This document shows, one piece after another, positions 54,487-64,000 of a stretch of 64,000 nucleotides of DNA (position 1 is its first letter; each line of letters opens with the position of its first letter). The translations under genes were made by a program, and so were the position numbers. Source of the DNA: an archaeon (GTDB lineage Archaea > Iainarchaeota > Iainarchaeia > Iainarchaeales > 1-14-0-10-31-34); assembly GCA_024277355.1 (NCBI GenBank), contig JAJRVL010000004.1, forward strand, positions 264,804 to 328,803, read 5' to 3'. The notes under the pieces were generated by a model. That model searched no databases and was not told where the DNA came from. It worked only from the letters and a program-made list of their open reading frames with translations.

Positions 54487-55032
54487 ATGACAGAATACCT
54501 TGATGTAATAAATAAAAACAATGAAATAACAGGAAAAAAAACAAGAAAAGAAATTCATGAAAAAGGATTAATGCATAAATCTGTTCATGTCTGGATTTTA
54601 AATGAAAAAAAAGAAGTTTTATGCAATTTAAGAAACAAAAATAAAGATTTGTTTGCTGGTTTATGGGATGCTGTTTTCGGCGAACACTTAAAAACAGGAG
54701 AAAATTTTGAAACAGCAGCAGTAAGAGGCATAAAAGAAGAATTAGGAATTAAAACAAATAAAAAAAATTTAATTGAATTAGGAATAAATAAAGAAAAACA
54801 AAAAGATTCAGAAAAAAATTTATTTAATAATGAATTCCAGAAAATTTTTTTATTTAAAACCACAAAAAAAATAAATGAATTAAAATTTCAAAAAACTGAA
54901 ATAGAAAAAATAAAATTCATTGAAATAAATAAATTAAAAGAAATTTTAAAACAAGAAAAAATGAATTTTATTCCTAAAAATAAATATTATTTGAAAATAA
55001 TCAAAAAAATAAAAACAGAGTACAATTTATAA
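54487..55032 (+). CDS. NUDIX hydrolase
   Basis: Nudix box GEHLKTGENFETAAVRGIKEELGI (GX5EX7REUXEEXGU). Confidence 0.7.
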   Translation: MTEYLDVINKNNEITGKKTRKEIHEKGLMHKSVHVWILNEKKEVLCNLRNKNKDLFAGLWDAVFGEHLKTGENFETAAVRGIKEELGIKTNKKNLIELGINKEKQKDSEKNLFNNEFQKIFLFKTTKKINELKFQKTEIEKIKFIEINKLKEILKQEKMNFIPKNKYYLKIIKKIKTEYNL

Positions 55033-55076
55033 TAGTTTTTTACTTATTATTAATAACTTTTGCAGAAGGGGGATAA

Positions 55077-56138
55077 ATGAAATCTTTAATGGAAGACGTA
55101 TTAAATTCAAATAACCAGACTAAAACTGGATCAAACGAAGAATTTTTAGCTCCAAGAATAATGGTAATTGGAGCAGGCGGAGCAGGATGCAACACTGTAA
55201 ACAGAATTTCAAATATTGGAGCAGCAGGCGCTCAATTAGTTGCAGTTAACACAGACAAACAGCATTTGTCTATAATCAATGATGAATTAACTAAAATTTT
55301 AATTGGAAAAAGTGTAACAAGAGGATTAGGAGCAGGCGGATACCCTGAAATAGGAAGAAAATCTGCTGAAATTTCACGTAAAGCATTAGAAGAAGTTTTA
55401 AGCAATGTAGACATGCTTTTTATTTCTGCTGGAATGGGCGGAGGAACAGGAACAGGTTCAGCACCAGTAATAGCAGAAATAGCAAAACAACAAGGCGCAA
55501 TAGTAATTTCAATTGTAACTTATCCTTTTGCATTAGAAAAAGCCAGACTACTTAAAGCAGAAGACGGATTACAGCAATTAAATGCAGTCAGCGATACTTT
55601 AGTTGTAATTGACAACAACAGATTAGTTGAATTAGTGCCTAATTTACCAATACAAGATGCATTTAAAGTAGCAGACGAAGTAACAGCAAGAACAGTAAGA
55701 GGAATAACAGAAACAATAACCCAACCTTCATTAATTAACTTAGATTTCGCTGACATTAAAAGTGTTATGGGCAATAAAGGATTAAGTGTAATTGCAGTAG
55801 GAGAATCAAAATCAAACAACAAAGTAGAAGAAGTAGTACAAGAAACACTAAAAAATTCTTTATTAGATGTTGATATTTCTGGTGCAACAGGAGCATTAAT
55901 TCATATTACCGGAGGCCCAGAATTAACTTTAGGAGAAGCAAATCAAGTAGGCGAATTACTAACTGAAAGAATTGACCCTAAAGCAACAGTCATCTGGGGT
56001 TCAAGAGTTGACCCAACATTTGAAAACAAAATAGAAGTAATCTCAATTTTTACAGGGTTATCAGAAAAAGAAGTTAAAGGAATGAAAATTCAAAACCAAA
56101 AAAAAGACAAACAAGGATTAAATTTAGGTTTTATATAA
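55077..56138 (+). CDS. ftsZ: cell division GTPase FtsZ
   Basis: IGAGGAGCN, the tubulin signature [21 protein letters not shown], and the T7 loop. Confidence 0.9.
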   Translation: MKSLMEDVLNSNNQTKTGSNEEFLAPRIMVIGAGGAGCNTVNRISNIGAAGAQLVAVNTDKQHLSIINDELTKILIGKSVTRGLGAGGYPEIGRKSAEISRKALEEVLSNVDMLFISAGMGGGTGTGSAPVIAEIAKQQGAIVISIVTYPFALEKARLLKAEDGLQQLNAVSDTLVVIDNNRLVELVPNLPIQDAFKVADEVTARTVRGITETITQPSLINLDFADIKSVMGNKGLSVIAVGESKSNNKVEEVVQETLKNSLLDVDISGATGALIHITGGPELTLGEANQVGELLTERIDPKATVIWGSRVDPTFENKIEVISIFTGLSEKEVKGMKIQNQKKDKQGLNLGFI

Positions 56139-56227
56139 AACAAACTTTTTCGGAAAAAGTTTAATAAAAACAATCTTCTAAAAAAAAAGGTTGAATAAAA
56201 ACTTTTATCAGCTTTTTCCAAAAAGTT

Positions 56228-56593
56228 TTAATTTTCAATTTTAATTGTTATTTGTTCGTCTTTGCTTTCTAAAACATAATTATAGTCTTCAAAGTGTTCT
56301 GAAACATTTAATAAAGCAGTATAATTTCCTGTTTCAACAACTTTTGAAGGAAAAATTTCATAAGAAAATTTTCTTGTTTGCCCCTGCATTAATTTTTGTG
56401 CGATTCTTTTTCTTACAATTCTGTTTAATCCAGCTTTATCTAATCCTAACTGAGGAGGCAGTTCCAAAGAAAAAGAAACAAGCTTTGGTTTAATTCCATT
56501 ATTTGAAATAGTAAAACTTAATTCAATTGGTTCACGATTTTTTAATTTCATTCTAAAAGGAAATAAACTTGTTTTAACATTTAATCCAGCCAT
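56228..56593 (-). CDS. hypothetical protein
   Basis: 121-aa ORF with no motif. Confidence 0.35.
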   Translation of the reverse strand: MAGLNVKTSLFPFRMKLKNREPIELSFTISNNGIKPKLVSFSLELPPQLGLDKAGLNRIVRKRIAQKLMQGQTRKFSYEIFPSKVVETGNYTALLNVSEHFEDYNYVLESKDEQITIKIEN

Positions 56594-56651
56594 TATCTCA
56601 CCCTTAACAAATATAGTATATTTATGCTAAAAAAAGTTAATAAATAGAATA

Positions 56652-57227
56652 GTGCTAAATTTTAATATGCCTCCTAAAAAAAAAGCTTTTTTAATTTCAG
56701 GATTGTGCGGTTCAGGAAAAACAACTTTATCACAAGCTATTACTAAAAAATTTAACGGGCATCACATAACATTTACAACAAAACTGGCGGGTAAAAAAAG
56801 CGGAAGAGGTTCTGTAGCAAAAGCCATAAAACGTTATTTAAAACTTAGAAACAAAGTAAAAACTGAAGCAGTTGCAGACAGCTATCAAGATTTCATAAAA
56901 AGCGGGAAAACTTCTCTTGTATTAGACGGAATAATAAGTCCAACAGAAATAAATGAACTAAGAAAAATTGATTCAACTATAGAAATTAACACAATTTTTA
57001 TTTCAGCACAAAAAAAAAGAAGAGTTTCATTAGTTCAATTAAGACATCCTAACAAAGGAGGCGGAACAAAATTAAGAAGTTTTCTTTGGGTAAAATTTAT
57101 GGATTTATTGCATAACCGGCTTTTAGGAGTTGACTTAGAAAGTTTAAAAAAACAAAGTAATATAACTATAGAAAACAATGGAACTAAAACTGATTTAATC
57201 AGAAAAGCAACTGAAAAAATTAAATAA
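56652..57227 (+). CDS. P-loop NTPase (small nucleotide kinase-like)
   Basis: Walker A GLCGSGKTT at the N-terminus. 191 aa. Confidence 0.45.
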   Translation: MLNFNMPPKKKAFLISGLCGSGKTTLSQAITKKFNGHHITFTTKLAGKKSGRGSVAKAIKRYLKLRNKVKTEAVADSYQDFIKSGKTSLVLDGIISPTEINELRKIDSTIEINTIFISAQKKRRVSLVQLRHPNKGGGTKLRSFLWVKFMDLLHNRLLGVDLESLKKQSNITIENNGTKTDLIRKATEKIK

Positions 57228-57231
57228 TAAA

Positions 57232-59502
57232 CTAGTCTTCTTTATATTCAGCGTCAATTAATTTTCTTATTTCTTTAGCTTTTTTTTCGCCGATTTTATC
57301 TGTTTTCATTAATTTTTTTTCATCAGCATTAAATATTTTTTTAACTGAACCAAATTTTTTCAGTAAATTTTTAGCTAAAGTTGGGCCGATTAAAGGCAGA
57401 GATTCAACTACAAACTGCTGTAATTCAGGAACAGACAATCCTTTTCTTCCCACTCTTAAACGAATTTCTTTTGCTTTACCTATTTGTTCCCGTTTAGCAA
57501 TCAAATGAAGATAAGAAACAGTTTCTTTAACTGAATCAGAAAACAAAATTGGAACCTGATAATCCAATAAAATTGAACTTAAAGCGCCTTTAACTGCATT
57601 TTCATGAATATTTCTTAAAGTAAATAATTCTTGTTTGTTTCCTTCAACAATCATTAAAGGTTTCTTGCAGTTAGCAGACAAATCAATTAACTGAGAAAAT
57701 AATCTTCCATCTAACATTGAACTTAAAAAATCTTCAACAGTTTTTCTTTCAACGATTACTTCATCACTTAAAACATAATCTCCTATTTCTAATTGTTTTA
57801 CTTTAACTGAAACATTTTCATACTGACTTAATTCTCTTACAGCATTTGATGCTTGTTCTCTTGAATCAACAAAAATTAAAATTAAATCTTTGTTGCCTGA
57901 AAAAGAATTCAAAGTTGTCTGAGAATCCATTTTTCTTGAATTATTTTCTTTGCTTAAATCTGAATTCATTGACTTCATTTTATTCAAAACAGATTTCATT
58001 TTTTTTTCTTTTGCCATGCTGCTCCAGTAAAAAGCTTCATCTCTTGTAGCTTTAGCCATTAAAATAATTGTTTTTCCTTTAGATACTCTTCCTGTTCTTC
58101 CTCTTCTTTGAATAGTTCTTATTTCAGATGGAACAGGCTCAAAAAATACAACTAAATCAACTTCAGGAATATCAATTCCTTCTTCTGCAACCGAAGTGCA
58201 GATTAAAGCATTATATTTTCCTTCCCTTAAATCCTGTATAGTTTGAATTTGCTGTTTTTGATTCATTCCTTTGTCATTTTGTTTTGAAGCCTGCCCAATA
58301 AATTTTTTTGCTTTAATTTCAGGAAAAACATTTAATTGTTTTTCAAGAAAAGAAGCTGATTCACGATAATGATTAAAAACTAAAACTTTACTTGCAGGAT
58401 TTTCATTAAACTGTTTTTTTAATAAATTAATTAACTCTAAAAGTTTTGGGTGTTCAACTTTTTTTTCTTGTAACTTTTTTGCTAAAGAAATTGCTTTTAA
58501 AACAGATTTATCTGATAAAATAGATTTTGCAGCTTTAGTTTTCTGGTCTTTTTCTAATCTAAAAAAATAATCATTCAAAGAATTAATGCCTTGTGTTTCT
58601 AATAATAATTCTGCATGCGAAACTTTCAGTAAAGCTGCAAGTCTTGAAATTGCAGTAAACAAAGCAGGTTTTTTTTCTGGATCAGAAGCAATAGCTTTTC
58701 TTATTTTTGACTGCATTTCAAGCAAATCAATTTTTCTTATATATTGGACTGAAATACTTTTAGCAAAACCAAATTTTTTTAAAAAAACTAATTGTTCTTT
58801 CATGAAATTTCTAAGCAAAGCTTTAATTTCCAGAAATTCAGGAGGCAGATTAACTTTAATCCATTCAACTTCAATTTCATTTACATAAGGCATTACATCT
58901 AAATCTTTTTCTGATTTAATTTCAATGTTTTTAATAAATAAATTCCTGCATACATCATCAATTCTTTCTTTTTTTCCGCCTGGAGAAGCAGTTAACCCTA
59001 AAATTAAACCTTTAGGATTTTGTTTCAGGTAATTTAATGCCAAAAAAACATAACTGTAATCTCCTACAGCTTTATGTGCTTCATCAAAAACAATCAAAGA
59101 AATTTCCTTGAAAGAAATTTTTCCCTGCAGTAAATCATTTTCAATTGACTGAGGAGTAGCAGAAATAATTCTTGAATTCTCCCATAAAGGAATTCTTTTA
59201 ACTGAAGGAATTGAACCAGTCATTAAAGAAATTTGGTTTTCAGGCAAATTCAAAAATTTAATAAAAGAATTATAATGCTGTACAGCTAAAGGTTTAGTTG
59301 GAGAAAACATTAAAATTTTTTTTTCAGGTTGTTTTTCTAACAAAAAAGCTGAAACCATTGAAGCTACAATAGTTTTACCTAAAGCAGTCGGCGCTACTAC
59401 TAATGAATTTCCTTTCTCTAAAACTCTTGCAGTTAAAACTTCCTGATAAATTCTTGATTCAATTGAGTTTTCTTTAATTAAAGGATGCTTTACAAAACCC
59501 AT
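57232..59502 (-). CDS. hef: Hef (helicase-associated endonuclease for fork-structured DNA; XPF/FANCM homolog)
   Basis: N-terminal SF2 helicase (APTALGKT Walker A, DEAH box, TASPG, QRRGRTGR). C-terminal ERCC4 nuclease (FVDSREQ...ERK..D) and tandem HhH (LPLIGPTLAKNLLKKFGSV). Confidence 0.8.
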   Translation of the reverse strand: MGFVKHPLIKENSIESRIYQEVLTARVLEKGNSLVVAPTALGKTIVASMVSAFLLEKQPEKKILMFSPTKPLAVQHYNSFIKFLNLPENQISLMTGSIPSVKRIPLWENSRIISATPQSIENDLLQGKISFKEISLIVFDEAHKAVGDYSYVFLALNYLKQNPKGLILGLTASPGGKKERIDDVCRNLFIKNIEIKSEKDLDVMPYVNEIEVEWIKVNLPPEFLEIKALLRNFMKEQLVFLKKFGFAKSISVQYIRKIDLLEMQSKIRKAIASDPEKKPALFTAISRLAALLKVSHAELLLETQGINSLNDYFFRLEKDQKTKAAKSILSDKSVLKAISLAKKLQEKKVEHPKLLELINLLKKQFNENPASKVLVFNHYRESASFLEKQLNVFPEIKAKKFIGQASKQNDKGMNQKQQIQTIQDLREGKYNALICTSVAEEGIDIPEVDLVVFFEPVPSEIRTIQRRGRTGRVSKGKTIILMAKATRDEAFYWSSMAKEKKMKSVLNKMKSMNSDLSKENNSRKMDSQTTLNSFSGNKDLILIFVDSREQASNAVRELSQYENVSVKVKQLEIGDYVLSDEVIVERKTVEDFLSSMLDGRLFSQLIDLSANCKKPLMIVEGNKQELFTLRNIHENAVKGALSSILLDYQVPILFSDSVKETVSYLHLIAKREQIGKAKEIRLRVGRKGLSVPELQQFVVESLPLIGPTLAKNLLKKFGSVKKIFNADEKKLMKTDKIGEKKAKEIRKLIDAEYKED

Positions 59503-59672
59503 ACAAAAAAAAACAAGGAATTACATTAAAAACTAATCCAACTAAACTGCCGGTGAACTAAATTCAGCTAAAACAACAGAAAAAAGCTTTGAATTCAAAA
59601 AAAACCTTAAAAAAAGGATAAATTTTTAAATAAAGCAACCTTATTGTTTATTGACTAAAAGGAGGCGTTTTA

Positions 59673-59876
59673 ATGACTGAATTGCCTTTAGCAGCATTAG
59701 ATAGAATAATAAGAAAAAGTTCAGGTTTAAGAGTAAGCGAAAGTGCTTCAAAAGAATTAGGTTTATTTTTAGAAACAGAAGGAGAAAAAATTTCAAGAAC
59801 TGCAGCAGAATTCGCAAAACATGCAGGAAGAAAAACAATTATTGATGCAGACATAAAATTAGCAGTAAAAAAATAA
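59673..59876 (+). CDS. archaeal histone (HMf family)
   Basis: 67 aa. Histone fold with AEFAKHAGRKTIIDADIKLAVK. Strong SD-like AAGGAGGCG 8 nt upstream. Confidence 0.8.
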   Translation: MTELPLAALDRIIRKSSGLRVSESASKELGLFLETEGEKISRTAAEFAKHAGRKTIIDADIKLAVKK

Positions 59877-59918
59877 TCACAGAATTTCCTTTAATTTTTT
59901 TAAAGCAATTTCCTGTAC

Positions 59919-60455
59919 TTATTTTTCACTTAAATTTTCTGTGTCAATAATTAAATTAAATTTTTCAAGTTCTTCTCCTAAAGTAAATCCATATAATTTT
60001 TTGTAAATTTCAGCTGTTTTTTCTTCTTTTGATTTAATTGCTTTAAGTATTTCTTCAAAAGTTCTGCAGTTTCTTTTAGTAATTCTTTTTGCTCTTGTTT
60101 CAAGTGAAGCATTAAGCCAGATTTTAAATCCTTTTTTGCTTAAATAACCCATAGTCCATGAATCCATTACAATATTTCCTTGTTCAATAAATTCAAGTAA
60201 TTTTTTATCTAATATTTTATCAAATTCTGATTGTTCAAGTCTTTTTTCAATTAATTTTCTTCCTTTACTGCTTTCCCATAAACCTTTATTTCCAATGTTA
60301 TTTTCTTCAGTTAAATGAGTATTATTATTTTCAATTATTTCTTTTAACAAAGCAGAAGTATGAATACATTTTAAATTGAATTCTTCTGCAATTTTATCAA
60401 CTAAATTGCTTTTTCCTGAACCACTTAAACCAGAAACAATCACAACTTTATTCAT
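59919..60455 (-). CDS. P-loop nucleotide kinase (archaeal cytidylate kinase-like)
   Basis: Walker A SGLSGSGKSN at the N-terminus. 178 aa. Resembles archaeal Cmk / adenylate-kinase-like enzymes. Confidence 0.5.
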   Translation of the reverse strand: MNKVVIVSGLSGSGKSNLVDKIAEEFNLKCIHTSALLKEIIENNNTHLTEENNIGNKGLWESSKGRKLIEKRLEQSEFDKILDKKLLEFIEQGNIVMDSWTMGYLSKKGFKIWLNASLETRAKRITKRNCRTFEEILKAIKSKEEKTAEIYKKLYGFTLGEELEKFNLIIDTENLSEK

Positions 60456-60508
60456 ACAAAAAAAGGGTTTGTATTTGTATTTAAACTTTAGCTTTCAAAG
60501 AGTTTTTA

Positions 60509-61258
60509 ATGGACTCAAAAGAAAAATACAAAAAATTAGTTAAAAAAACAAAAGAATTCTTTGAAAAACAAAGGTTTCATAAAGCAGTAATTGGTTTAAG
60601 CGGAGGAATTGATTCCTCTTTAACTGCAAAAATTGTTTCTGACGCAATAGGCAAAGAAAATGTAATTGGAATAATAATGCCTGAAAAAACTAACAGTCCT
60701 GAAAGCAAAGAATATGCATTAAATTTAGCTGAACAAATAGGAATTAAAACAGTTGAAGTAAACATAAATGAATTTTTCAAGCCTTTTTATAAAATGCTTC
60801 CATGGGAACAAAACCGTGCATCAAAAACAAACTTAAAGCCAAGAATACGAATGATTGTATTATACAATTACGCAAACAAAAATAATGCTTTAGTAGTAGG
60901 AACATCCAATAAATCAGAATTAATGTTAGGTTATTTTACTAAACACGGAGACGGAGCAACAGATTTCACTCCAATCGCAGACTTATATAAAACAGAAGTG
61001 TTTGAAATAAGCAAAATAGCAGAAATTCCAGAAAAAATAATTCAAAGAAAACCTTCAGCTGAATTAGAAGAAAATCAATTTGATGAAGATGAATTAGGTT
61101 TAAGTTATAAAGAAATAGATGAAATTTTAATCAACGTAGAAAAAGGAAAACAAGAAAAAGAATTAATCGAAATGTTTGGAGAAAAAACAAAAAAAATAAT
61201 TGAAAGAATGGAATTAAACAAACATAAAACCTGCATGATAGAAAAAATTGAATTTTAA
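60509..61258 (+). CDS. nadE: NH3-dependent NAD+ synthetase
   Basis: PP-loop GLSGGIDSS. C-terminal NadE blocks (GTSNKSELMLGYFTKHGDGA). Confidence 0.85.
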   Translation: MDSKEKYKKLVKKTKEFFEKQRFHKAVIGLSGGIDSSLTAKIVSDAIGKENVIGIIMPEKTNSPESKEYALNLAEQIGIKTVEVNINEFFKPFYKMLPWEQNRASKTNLKPRIRMIVLYNYANKNNALVVGTSNKSELMLGYFTKHGDGATDFTPIADLYKTEVFEISKIAEIPEKIIQRKPSAELEENQFDEDELGLSYKEIDEILINVEKGKQEKELIEMFGEKTKKIIERMELNKHKTCMIEKIEF

Positions 61259-61298
61259 CTGAAAAAACTATAAAAAAAATAATTAAAAAAATTAATTT

Positions 61299-62132
61299 AT
61301 GATTTTTATGTTAAGCAAAGAAATGAAACAAAAATTAATTTCTTTTGTAAAAGAAGACATCTCAAAAAAAGACATAACAACAGAATTAATTACAGAAAAA
61401 AAAGTTAACGCAGTAATTAAATTAAAAGAAAACTCAGTAATTTCAGGTTTAGAAGAAGCAGGATTTTTGTTTAATTATTTTGGAATTAAAACAAAAATTT
61501 ATGCAAAAAACGGAAAAAAATATTCAAAAGGAAAAATTTTAATTAAACTTTATGGAAGCAATAAAAAAATTCTTTCAACTGAAAGAACTGCATTAAATAT
61601 TTTAAGCAGAATGTCAGGAATAGCAGTAATTTCATTTAAAGCACAAAAAATCGCAGGGAAAAACTGTAAAATAATGTTAACAAGAAAAACATCTCCAGGA
61701 TTAAATGAATTTGACAAAAAAGCAGGAAAAGAAGCAGGCGTTTTATCTCATAGAAAAAATTTAAATGCTGCTTTTTTAATTAAAGAAAATCACTTAAAAT
61801 TTAATTCAATTACAGAATTAATTAAAAAAGCAAAACAAACAAACAAAAATAAAAAAAATAAAAAAATCATTGAAGTTGAAGTAAAAAATTTCAAAGAAAT
61901 CAGGGAAGCCGTTCAGGCAAAACCAGATGTAATATTATTAGACAATTTTTCAGTTAAAAATGCAAAAAAAGCAATAAAAGAAATCAAAAAAACAAAAATT
62001 AAAATTGAATTATCAGGAAACATTAATTTTTCAAATTTAAAGAATTATGCAGAATTAAAGCCTGATTTTATTTCAATGGGTTTTTTGACGCATTCAGTTA
62101 AAGGAATAAATTTAACTTTACTTTTAATTTAA
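61299..62132 (+). CDS. nadC: nicotinate-nucleotide pyrophosphorylase (carboxylating), NadC family
   Basis: Contains TERTALNILSRMSGIA and TRKTSPGLNEFDKKAG..GVLSHRKNLNAAFLIKENH, which are QPRTase signatures. Confidence 0.7.
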   Translation: MIFMLSKEMKQKLISFVKEDISKKDITTELITEKKVNAVIKLKENSVISGLEEAGFLFNYFGIKTKIYAKNGKKYSKGKILIKLYGSNKKILSTERTALNILSRMSGIAVISFKAQKIAGKNCKIMLTRKTSPGLNEFDKKAGKEAGVLSHRKNLNAAFLIKENHLKFNSITELIKKAKQTNKNKKNKKIIEVEVKNFKEIREAVQAKPDVILLDNFSVKNAKKAIKEIKKTKIKIELSGNINFSNLKNYAELKPDFISMGFLTHSVKGINLTLLLI

Positions 62133-62140
62133 TTTTTAAA

Positions 62141-62716
62141 GTGAAACAAATGAAAATAGGTTTATTTGGAGGGTCATTTGATCCAGTGCATTTTGGGCAT
62201 TTAATTTCAGCCAAACAAATAATAGACAAAAAAATATGCGATGAAATCTGGTTTATTCCCTGTTTTCAGAATCCACTCAAAAAAAAACCAACTAAAGCAG
62301 AACACAGAAAAAAAATGATTGAAATAGCAATAAAAAATGAAAAACAAATTAAATTAAATGAAACTGAATTAAATCAAAAAAAAACCACTTATACTATTGA
62401 CACTATTAAGAAACTCAAAAAAGAATTTCCTGAACATGAATTTTATTTTGTTATTGGAAGCAAAGTATTAAAAGAAATAAATGAATGGAAAGATTATTTG
62501 GAACTGCTTAAAGAAGTAAAATTAATTGTTCTGCCTAATCCTTTCACTGAAATTCCTGAAGAAATAAAAAAATTTAATCCAATTGAATTAAATTCAACTT
62601 TAAGCAGTAATATTTCTTCTACTTTAATCAGAAAAAAAATAAAAGAAAACAAAAATGTTTTAAGTTTACTTCCAGAAACTGTTTTTGATTATATAAAAGA
62701 AAATAAATTATATTAA
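62141..62716 (+). CDS. nadD: nicotinate-nucleotide adenylyltransferase
   Basis: Contains GLFGGSFDPVHFGHL (the (H/T)xGH nucleotidyltransferase motif) and the TTYTIDTI region. Confidence 0.8.
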   Translation: MKQMKIGLFGGSFDPVHFGHLISAKQIIDKKICDEIWFIPCFQNPLKKKPTKAEHRKKMIEIAIKNEKQIKLNETELNQKKTTYTIDTIKKLKKEFPEHEFYFVIGSKVLKEINEWKDYLELLKEVKLIVLPNPFTEIPEEIKKFNPIELNSTLSSNISSTLIRKKIKENKNVLSLLPETVFDYIKENKLY

Positions 62717-62757
62717 TAACATAAATTTATTAAGTTGAAATAAACATATTTAATTAA

Positions 62758-63258
62758 ATGAAACCAAAAAAAAATATATCACTGCATAAAACAGCGATTT
62801 TTAGTTTGTTAAAAAAAGCACCAGGTATTTCTACGCATTATGCATTAGAAATATTAAGCAAAAACGGAAAAAAAACAAATAAATGGACTTTTAAAAGAGC
62901 CAAAAACAAATTTTTTAAACAAGGACATCAGTTTGGAGAACACAGTGTTCTTGGAAGCAGAGACACTAAAATAGCTAAAAGACTTCATAAAGGAGATTCA
63001 CCAACTAAAGTTGCTAAAGATTTGCAGATTTCAAGAAGCACAGTATATAAGATTAGCGACATAATGGAACAATATGGAATTCCTGCTTCTTATTCAGCAC
63101 GAAAAACAATTTTAAAAAAAGAAATTAAAGAAATATATGCTAAAAACCCTAAGATTTCTATTAAAAAAGTATTTGAAGAATTAAAGAAAAAACATAAAGA
63201 ACTAAAAATATACACTGTTTCAAGAATAATAAGCCAGCAAAAAAACAAAAAAAAATAA
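62758..63258 (+). CDS. HTH-domain protein resembling the N-terminal DNA-binding part of IS630/Tc1-type transposases, with no catalytic DDE domain
   Basis: Two HTH-like segments (IAKRLHKGDSPTKVAKDLQISRSTVYKI and IKKVFEELKKKHKELKIYTVSRIIS). 166 aa. Confidence 0.4.
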   Translation: MKPKKNISLHKTAIFSLLKKAPGISTHYALEILSKNGKKTNKWTFKRAKNKFFKQGHQFGEHSVLGSRDTKIAKRLHKGDSPTKVAKDLQISRSTVYKISDIMEQYGIPASYSARKTILKKEIKEIYAKNPKISIKKVFEELKKKHKELKIYTVSRIISQQKNKKK

Positions 63259-63270
63259 ATTTATTAAATA

Positions 63271-63582
63271 ATGCTGATTAAAATGAATTTCAATGAAAAA
63301 GTCTGGAAGAAAATTAAACTAATTCCTAAAGGAAAAATTTCAACTTATAAAGAAATAGCTAAAGCAATTGGAAACAAAAATTCAGCAAGAGCAATAGGAA
63401 ATGCCTGCAATAAAAATCCTTTTGCTCCAAAAGTTCCCTGTCACCGAGTAATTAAATCAAACGGAAGTTTAGGCGGATTTGCATTTGGAACAAAACAAAA
63501 AATTTCTTTATTAAAAAACGAAGGAATTGAAATAAAAAAAGAAAAAATAATTGATTTTAAAGAAAAATTATTTAAGTTTTAG
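63271..63582 (+). CDS. ogt: methylated-DNA-protein-cysteine methyltransferase (MGMT/Ogt) DNA-binding and active-site domain
   Basis: Active-site PCHRVI and upstream HTH ISTYKEIAKAIGNKNSARAIGNACNKNP. 103 aa, so C-terminal domain only. Confidence 0.75.
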   Translation: MLIKMNFNEKVWKKIKLIPKGKISTYKEIAKAIGNKNSARAIGNACNKNPFAPKVPCHRVIKSNGSLGGFAFGTKQKISLLKNEGIEIKKEKIIDFKEKLFKF

Positions 63583-64000
63583 TTATAACTTGAATCTTTT
63601 TCTTTCTTCTTTTGTTTCTTCCCTTAAATAATTAATAAATTCATCTCTAAAATTAGAGATATCTAATACTTTGCCTGTTTCTAAAAAAGAAGTTATGTTT
63701 TTAATGAAAACATTACTGCCAATAATATCAGGCAAAATAACAAAATCAACTTTTTTTTCATAAAATTCCAATGCATCTCTTTTAGTTTTTGCTCTGGTAA
63801 AAATTGAAATTTTAGGGTTAATTCTTTTTGCTTTATCAACTAAATATAATGAATGCATTACTTCAGGAATAGCAATAACCAATAAAACAGCTTTAGATAA
63901 ATTAACTTTATTCCACACTTCATCATTTTCAATGTTTCCGCAGACAGAATTAAGTCCTAAATTAATTTGATTAAAAATTACATCCGGATCATGATCAATT
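63583..64000 (-). CDS. TrkA-N/RCK-domain (NAD-binding) protein; the N-terminus lies beyond the window end
   Basis: The frame is open to nt 64000. VLLVIAIPEVMHSLYLVDKAKRINPKISIFTRAKTKRDALEFYEKKVDFVILPD matches TrkA-N Rossmann-domain blocks. Confidence 0.55.
   Translation of the reverse strand, partial: IDHDPDVIFNQINLGLNSVCGNIENDEVWNKVNLSKAVLLVIAIPEVMHSLYLVDKAKRINPKISIFTRAKTKRDALEFYEKKVDFVILPDIIGSNVFIKNITSFLETGKVLDISNFRDEFINYLREETKEERKRFKL

Noticed and set aside
1-64000. Possibility that TAA is reassigned to a sense codon, suggested by the two in-frame TAAs in purM and the carbamoyltransferase
   Set aside because: TAA terminates many genes at conserved C-termini (for example AsnRS ...FPRTLNRSYP-TAA, RpiA, FtsZ, the histone). 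Reassignment is therefore not tenable. Both cases are more likely errors or nonsense alleles.
1-64000. CRISPR arrays
   Set aside because: There is no series of regularly spaced identical 25-40-nt direct repeats. The repeats present are palindromic and dispersed or only duplicated, and no cas genes are present.

Overview
This window is an AT-rich (roughly 28-30% GC) stretch of an archaeal chromosome, most likely a small-genome DPANN-type archaeon (Woesearchaeota/Pacearchaeota-like). Archaeal markers include an HMf-type histone, fibrillarin plus a Nop5 protein, ribosomal protein S8e, Hef, Nmd3, a dimeric archaeal-type GlyRS and intron-containing tRNAs. Coding density is high on both strands, with roughly 85 protein genes. 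Housekeeping content includes rpiA, purM, carbamate kinase, FBP aldolase and FBPase, asnS, aspS, glyS, ftsZ and nadE/nadC/nadD. Accessory content includes a glycan-modification cluster (SAM methyltransferase, carbamoyltransferase, SGNH hydrolase, small DUF5989-like protein), inositol-lipid genes (MIPS, CDP-alcohol phosphatidyltransferase, a CarS-like gene), metal homeostasis genes (cbiM, ZIP, ArsR, glutaredoxin), a secreted SNase-lamin-tail nuclease lipoprotein, a RelE/ParE toxin-antitoxin pair, two CPA2 antiporters, an AglB/STT3-like oligosaccharyltransferase and the bacterial-type MEP-pathway genes ispE and ispG. Six tRNA genes are present (Gln, Ile, Asn, Thr, Arg, Asp). Three of them (Asn, Arg, Asp) carry unusually long introns of about 94-149 nt after the anticodon. 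The features I rank highest follow. (1) Two giant secreted proteins end in an identical sortase-like tripartite tail: LPETN, then a hydrophobic helix, then a basic tail. (2) A structured GC-rich element occurs in two copies (27.1 kb and 49.2 kb) and resembles the tRNA-Asn intron. (3) An AT-rich palindromic repeat family (CTTTTT..AAAAAG hairpins) is dispersed in tRNA leaders, tRNA introns and intergenic spacers. (4) Five conserved genes are disrupted: in-frame TAA stops in purM and the carbamoyltransferase, and homopolymer-associated frameshifts in aspS, the asnA-like gene and ispE. All calls rest on reading the sequence and on motif recognition. No database search was possible.
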